From assembly GCA_023266845.1 (NCBI GenBank), contig JAHFPH010000003.1:1-59617 (forward strand): a stretch of DNA of 59,617 bases, written 5' to 3'. The notes under the pieces were generated by a model. That model saw only the letters and a list, made by a program, of their open reading frames with translations. It did no database searches and had not been told where the DNA came from. Shown here piece by piece: positions 55,384 through 59,617 of the stretch (positions within the stretch are counted from its first letter, which is position 1; every line of letters begins with the position of its first letter). Origin of the DNA: Rhodospirillaceae bacterium. Lineage in GTDB: Bacteria; Pseudomonadota; Alphaproteobacteria; JAEULC01. Both the position numbers and the translations under genes were made by a program.

Positions 55384-56459
55384 GGGCCGGGAAACGCGGT
55401 GACGCGCGCCGGATCGTAGGAAAGCGCAACCGGACCTTCGGCCAGCGCGCGCGGCATATCAACCGCCGCGGCGTGCAGCACCAGCCCGCTGTCGAGCGCA
55501 AGCTCGATGCGCGTCAACGCGCCAAGGAACTCGATGCGGACGACGCGCGCCTCGAGGCTGGCCCAGCCCGGCGGCGGCTTGGCGCCGGGTGCTGTGATCG
55601 TCAGCGCCTCGGGCCTGAGCGAGAAACCGATCGCCTTGCCCGGCTCCGCCTCTGCGATTCCCGGGGCGCCGACCAGGAAGTCGTGGCCGCCCGCGCGCAC
55701 CACGGCGCGATCACCCTCATGCCTTATCACGCTGCCGCTGAGCAAATTGGTCGTTCCCATGAACCGCGCAACGAACGGCGTGGCGGGGCGCTGGTAGATG
55801 TCCACGGGCTGGCCGATTTGCTCCACGGACCCTGCGTTCATCACGGCGATGCGGTCGGAGATCGCCATCGCCTCTTCCTGGTCGTGCGTGACGTAGAGCG
55901 CGGTGATGCCAAGGCGTTTCTGCAGCTGGCGGATCTCGCCGCGCATCTCGACGCGCAGCTTGGCGTCGAGATTCGACAGCGGCTCGTCCAGCAGGATGAC
56001 CTCGGGCTCGATCACCAGGCAGCGCGCGAGCGCCACGCGCTGCAACTGCCCGCCCGAGAGCTGATGCGGCCAGCGCGCGCCGTAGCCATCGAGATGCACG
56101 AGCTTCAGCGCCTTCGCTGCGCGATCGTCGATTTGATCCGGGACGATGCCGCGCGCCTTCAGGCCATACGCAACGTTCCCGTTCACGGTCAGGTTGGGAA
56201 AGATCGCGTAGTTCTGGAACACCATGCCGGCGTTGCGCTTATGCGGCGGCACGGTGTCGATGCGTCGCTCGCCGAAATGGATCGTGCCCGAATCCAGGTC
56301 GCAGAATCCCGCCACCATGCGCAACAGCGTGGTCTTGCCGCAACCCGAGGGGCCGAGCAGGGTGAAAAACTCGCCGTCGCGGATGTCGAGCGTGACGCCG
56401 CGCACCGCGGCGACCGCGCCGAACGCGCGCGCGACGCCGTCGATCCGGATCGCGGTCAA
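55374..56459 (-). CDS. ABC transporter ATP-binding protein with C-terminal TOBE-like domain (FbpC/PotA/AfuC-like)
   Basis: 361 aa. Walker A GPSGCGKTT, signature LSGGQLQRVALARCL, Walker B ILLDEPLS. The only in-frame start before the conserved N-terminus is TTG 56459 (GAGGG upstream). 10-nt overlap with the permease gene. Confidence 0.9.
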   Translation of the reverse strand: MTAIRIDGVARAFGAVAAVRGVTLDIRDGEFFTLLGPSGCGKTTLLRMVAGFCDLDSGTIHFGERRIDTVPPHKRNAGMVFQNYAIFPNLTVNGNVAYGLKARGIVPDQIDDRAAKALKLVHLDGYGARWPHQLSGGQLQRVALARCLVIEPEVILLDEPLSNLDAKLRVEMRGEIRQLQKRLGITALYVTHDQEEAMAISDRIAVMNAGSVEQIGQPVDIYQRPATPFVARFMGTTNLLSGSVIRHEGDRAVVRAGGHDFLVGAPGIAEAEPGKAIGFSLRPEALTITAPGAKPPPGWASLEARVVRIEFLGALTRIELALDSGLVLHAAAVDMPRALAEGPVALSYDPARVTAFPGPCD

Positions 56460-56487
56460 CGATTCCGGCCCTCGGCGGCGGCGCGGA

Positions 56488-57486
56488 TCAGCGCGTCTTG
56501 GCGATGATGTCCTGCAGCTTCTGCATGGTCTCGGGCCGCGCCTTGGTCCAGGCCGCTTCGTCGTACGGCGCGATCTTGATCGCCGCGAGGGCCGGCATGT
56601 TGCCCGGCAGCTTGGACAGATCGAGGTCCTGGCGCGTGGGCCGGCGGAAGGTCTTCGACAGGATCAGCTCGCGCGTATCCTTCTGGTTGATGAAATCGAC
56701 GAACGCCTTGGCGGATTCGGTGTTCGGCCCGCCCTTGATGATGGCGCAGCCCTCCATCTGGGCGGCAGTGCCATCGCTGGGGTAGATCACCTTCACCGGC
56801 GCTCCGTTGCTGGCCCACAGATACCCGGCATATTCCAGCGACACGCCGAGGGGGTATTCGCCGTTGCCCACGCCCTGGAACACCAGGGACGAGCGGTTCA
56901 GCACTTTCGTGTTGGCGAAGAACTGCTCGACCTTCTTCCAGGCCGCGTCGTTGTTGCCCCACATCTGCGCGAGGAGCGTGGCGTTGGTATAGGCCGATCC
57001 CGAATTGGCCGGGTCGGTGAAGGCGATCTTGCCCTTCCATTTCGGGTCGAGCAGGTCGTTCCAGCTCTTCGGGCCTTGACCTTCCGGCAGCGCCTTGGTG
57101 TTCTGCAGGATCACCAGCATGTGCAGGTTGTTGCCGATCCACAGATCGTTCGGGTCGCGGAATTCGGCCGGTATCGCGCCCACGTTCTTCGATTTATAGG
57201 GCGTGAAGAATTCCTTGTTGGATTCCAACAGCGACCGGCTGACGCCCCAGATGATGTCGCCGCCCGGGCGGTCCTTTTCGGTCTGAATGCGCTTGACCAA
57301 CACGCCCGAGCCGCCCGACACGCCGTTGACCTTGATCGAGGTCGCCTTCTCGAACGCCTCGTACACCAGCGAATCCAGCGTATTCTCGTTGGCGGAATAG
57401 ACCACGACCTGCTTTTGCGCCAGCGCCGGCGAGACGGCGAACAGCGCCGCTATCACGGTCGCGCAGCGGAATCCCATGAATTTCAT
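56488..57486 (-). CDS. ABC transporter periplasmic substrate-binding protein (Fe3+/AfuA/PhnS-type class)
   Basis: ATG 57486 (MKFMGFRCATVIAALFAVSPALAQ Sec leader). Mature part VVVYSANENTLDS.., GGDIIWG, typical of this SBP class. The upstream 70 codons of the track ORF are not protein-like. Confidence 0.88.
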   Translation of the reverse strand: MKFMGFRCATVIAALFAVSPALAQKQVVVYSANENTLDSLVYEAFEKATSIKVNGVSGGSGVLVKRIQTEKDRPGGDIIWGVSRSLLESNKEFFTPYKSKNVGAIPAEFRDPNDLWIGNNLHMLVILQNTKALPEGQGPKSWNDLLDPKWKGKIAFTDPANSGSAYTNATLLAQMWGNNDAAWKKVEQFFANTKVLNRSSLVFQGVGNGEYPLGVSLEYAGYLWASNGAPVKVIYPSDGTAAQMEGCAIIKGGPNTESAKAFVDFINQKDTRELILSKTFRRPTRQDLDLSKLPGNMPALAAIKIAPYDEAAWTKARPETMQKLQDIIAKTR

Positions 57487-57616
57487 GGCTGGATGCTCCC
57501 CTACCCCGGATCGTTGATTGTTCAACATTACAGCGCCACCCCGAAGGGTCAAGGCGAGGCGGTTTAGCCGTAATGCCTCGGTCAAAATCGCTGCAATGGG
57601 TGGAAAAGGGGACATT

Positions 57617-57648
57617 GTCATTTCCATTAGCCGCCTTCCGGAAATGAC
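57617..57648. promoter_or_regulatory. 9-bp perfect inverted repeat (GTCATTTCC-N14-GGAAATGAC)
   Basis: Read directly from the sequence. Located in the 249-bp divergent intergenic region between the SBP gene (start 57486, minus) and the cyclase gene (start 57736, plus). Confidence 0.3.
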
Positions 57649-57735
57649 CCGGCTCGGACATCGTTGCCTCGATAGACATACCCCGCCCCCAATCATAAAC
57701 TCAGTTCGAAATCACACCCGGGCGGGGCGACTTTA

Positions 57736-59478
57736 ATGGCAGAAGCGCGTGTCGAACGGCGGCTAGCAGCCATCCTCGCAATCGACGTTGCCGGATATAG
57801 CCGCCTGATGGGCATCGATGAAGAAGGTACTCTTGCGGCGCTCAAGGTGCATCGAAGCGAACTTATCGACCCTAAGATTGCCGAGCATCACGGCCGAATC
57901 GTCAAGACCACGGGTGACGGCGCCTTGGTCGAATTTTCGAGCGCGGTCGATGGAGTGCGCTGCGCCATGGAAATCCAGCGCGTTATGGCTGAACGCAACG
58001 CGGCCATCTCCGAAGATCACCGGATCGAATTCCGCATCGGCATCAACGTGGGCGATATCATTATCGACGAGGGCGATCTCTACGGCGACGGGGTAAATAT
58101 CGCGGCTCGGGTCGAGACATTTGCCGACCCAGGTGGGATTTGTATCGCGGAGAACGCTTACCGACAGGTCGATGGCAAGTTGACACTTAATGTTAGCAAT
58201 ATGGGAGAACAGCAGCTCAAAAATATCGCGCGGCCCGTGCGGATCTATCAAGTGCAGTTGGACGGAACAGCACGCCCGGCACTCGCCTTGCCAGACAAGC
58301 CCTCGATTGCTGTGTTGCCGTTCACCAATATGAGCGGCGATGCGGATCAGGACTATTTCGCAGACGGCATCTCGGAAGATATCATCACTACGCTGTCCCG
58401 TTTTCGACATCTATTCGTGATCGCACGCAATTCAACTTTCACCTACAAGGGCCGGGCAGTGGACATGAAGCAGGTCGGACGAGAGCTCGGCGTGCGCTAC
58501 GTGCTCGAAGGCAGCGTGCGGAAGGTGGGCAACCGCGTTCGCATTACGGCGCAGCTAATTGACGCAATTTCCAGCCACCACGTATGGGCCGAACGTTACG
58601 ACCGGGATTTAGTCGACATTTTTTCTCTACAAGACGAGATAACAGACCGCGTTGCCGGGGCAATCGAACCCGAACTGCTCAAAATTGAAAGCGGGCGCGC
58701 GGCGACGCGTAGCACCTCAAGTCTGAATGCCTGGGATTTGGTTCGTCAGGGTACGTGGCATTTCCATCAAATAACACCCGCAGGCCACGCAAGGGCGCGG
58801 GAGTTGTTCCGAGAAGCAATCAAACTCGATGCCAAGCTTCCCGATTCGCACATTTGGCTTGCTCGAGTCAGCGCGGGCATTGTCGCGTTCGGTTGGAGCG
58901 GCAATCCGCAGCGCGATCTTTGCGAGGGATTGCACGCAGCTCACGTCGCTCTTCAGCTTGATGAAAAAGACCCTTATTCTCACTACGCACTGGCGATCAT
59001 TAGCGTGTTTTCCGACGCGCTGGAACAGGCTATCCGGGCTGGTGAAGAGGCGGTTGAGATCAGTCCAAGCTTTGCCCTCGGTTATTTCGTGCTGGGCTTG
59101 GGCCGTTTATTTTCCGGAAATGCGGCCGATGCAATCGGCTCCATTGAACGCGGGATTCGACTTAATCCCTACGATCCCCAAAACTTTGTCTGGCTTCAGA
59201 TGTTGGCGCTCGCCTTTTATTTCGTGGACCAGAAAGACAAGGCGCTGCAGATCGCCATTCGGGCATTAAAAATCCGGCCGGATTGGTTGCCCACGCTCGA
59301 AACGCTGGCGCTTTGCTACGCAACGCTCGACCGCGTAGAAGACGCTCGCGAATGCATCAAAAAAATGAGTGCATTGGAGCAGCCAAAGGGCGATCTTCTC
59401 GCGCTACTGAAAACCCACAATCCTCAATGGACCGATCTTATGGCGACGATGTTGCGCAAGGCTGGGGGGCAAGGGTGA
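57736..59478 (+). CDS. class III adenylate/guanylate cyclase with TolB-N-like and TPR domains
   Basis: 580 aa. Cyclase homology domain (LAILAIDVAGYSRLM, KTTGDGALVEF, YGDGVNIAARVE), then PSIAVLPFTNMSGDADQDYFADGISEDIIT, then C-terminal TPR-like helices. Confidence 0.88.
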   Translation: MAEARVERRLAAILAIDVAGYSRLMGIDEEGTLAALKVHRSELIDPKIAEHHGRIVKTTGDGALVEFSSAVDGVRCAMEIQRVMAERNAAISEDHRIEFRIGINVGDIIIDEGDLYGDGVNIAARVETFADPGGICIAENAYRQVDGKLTLNVSNMGEQQLKNIARPVRIYQVQLDGTARPALALPDKPSIAVLPFTNMSGDADQDYFADGISEDIITTLSRFRHLFVIARNSTFTYKGRAVDMKQVGRELGVRYVLEGSVRKVGNRVRITAQLIDAISSHHVWAERYDRDLVDIFSLQDEITDRVAGAIEPELLKIESGRAATRSTSSLNAWDLVRQGTWHFHQITPAGHARARELFREAIKLDAKLPDSHIWLARVSAGIVAFGWSGNPQRDLCEGLHAAHVALQLDEKDPYSHYALAIISVFSDALEQAIRAGEEAVEISPSFALGYFVLGLGRLFSGNAADAIGSIERGIRLNPYDPQNFVWLQMLALAFYFVDQKDKALQIAIRALKIRPDWLPTLETLALCYATLDRVEDARECIKKMSALEQPKGDLLALLKTHNPQWTDLMATMLRKAGGQG

Positions 59479-59617
59479 ATGGGATCGAATGACCGCTTTT
59501 TTGCACATTTCGGACGACCGACTCGGCGCAGCGATTGTTTGCTACAGGTCGAAAGCCGAAATTCAAACCGAGACTCTAACCAGCTTGGCTAATGCAACGT
59601 CGCACAGGCCCGCTGGA

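Noticed and set aside
57700-57730. GTTCGAAAT string resembling a tRNA T-loop in the intergenic region before the cyclase gene.
   Set aside because: The flanking bases do not form T-stem or acceptor-stem pairings, and there is no cloverleaf. I found no tRNA, rRNA or tmRNA anywhere in the window by eye.

Overview
High-GC (roughly two-thirds G+C by eye) proteobacterial chromosomal segment. Gene content looks alphaproteobacterial (Rhizobiales/Rhodospirillales-like). It is almost fully coding: I support about 57 CDS. I found no rRNA, tRNA, CRISPR array, transposase, integrase or phage genes.

The window is a run of uptake-plus-catabolism operons with six binding-protein-dependent importers:
- two TRAP systems (one with a fused DctQM)
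- two Liv-type ABC systems (one with a fused LivM-LivG)
- one NitT/TauT-type ABC system
- one Fe3+/AfuA/PhnS-type ABC system

Modules in window order:
1. Mutarotase plus SDR, next to a TRAP operon carrying two NTF2-fold genes.
2. A Cys-elbow alpha/beta hydrolase, an extradiol dioxygenase-like VOC protein, and a Liv-type ABC operon that continues into a MetE-like Zn enzyme, followed by a PAL-like NHL propeller.
3. A LysR-associated TRAP operon encoding an FAH-type hydratase, dienelactone hydrolase, HpcH aldolase, D-2-hydroxyacid dehydrogenase and an ICL/PEP-mutase-family lyase.
4. A roughly 0.95 kb non-coding stretch with a decayed gene remnant.
5. A beta-hydroxyacid dehydrogenase, an MBL lactonase-like protein and a GMC oxidoreductase.
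6. An IclR-associated beta-oxidation block: ACADs, Liv-type ABC, acyl-CoA ligase, FadB-like enzyme, thiolase, a paired ACAD and an amidohydrolase.
7. A LysR-associated NitT/TauT ABC operon with a flavoprotein, a family III CoA-transferase, a crotonase and a 7Fe ferredoxin.
8. An ABC importer operon ending in a split ThDP decarboxylase (ComD/ComE-like).
9. A lower-GC tail with a class III cyclase-TPR protein.

The best candidates for undescribed biology are the importer-coupled split ThDP decarboxylase operon, the NitT/TauT-flavoprotein-CoA-transferase-crotonase-ferredoxin operon, the TRAP-linked lactone/oxo-acid cluster, and the ABC-MetE-like-NHL locus.

All functional calls rest on reading motifs and family resemblance by eye; no database search was run. 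The ORF track marks GTG and TTG starts as M, so several starts were re-derived from the DNA.
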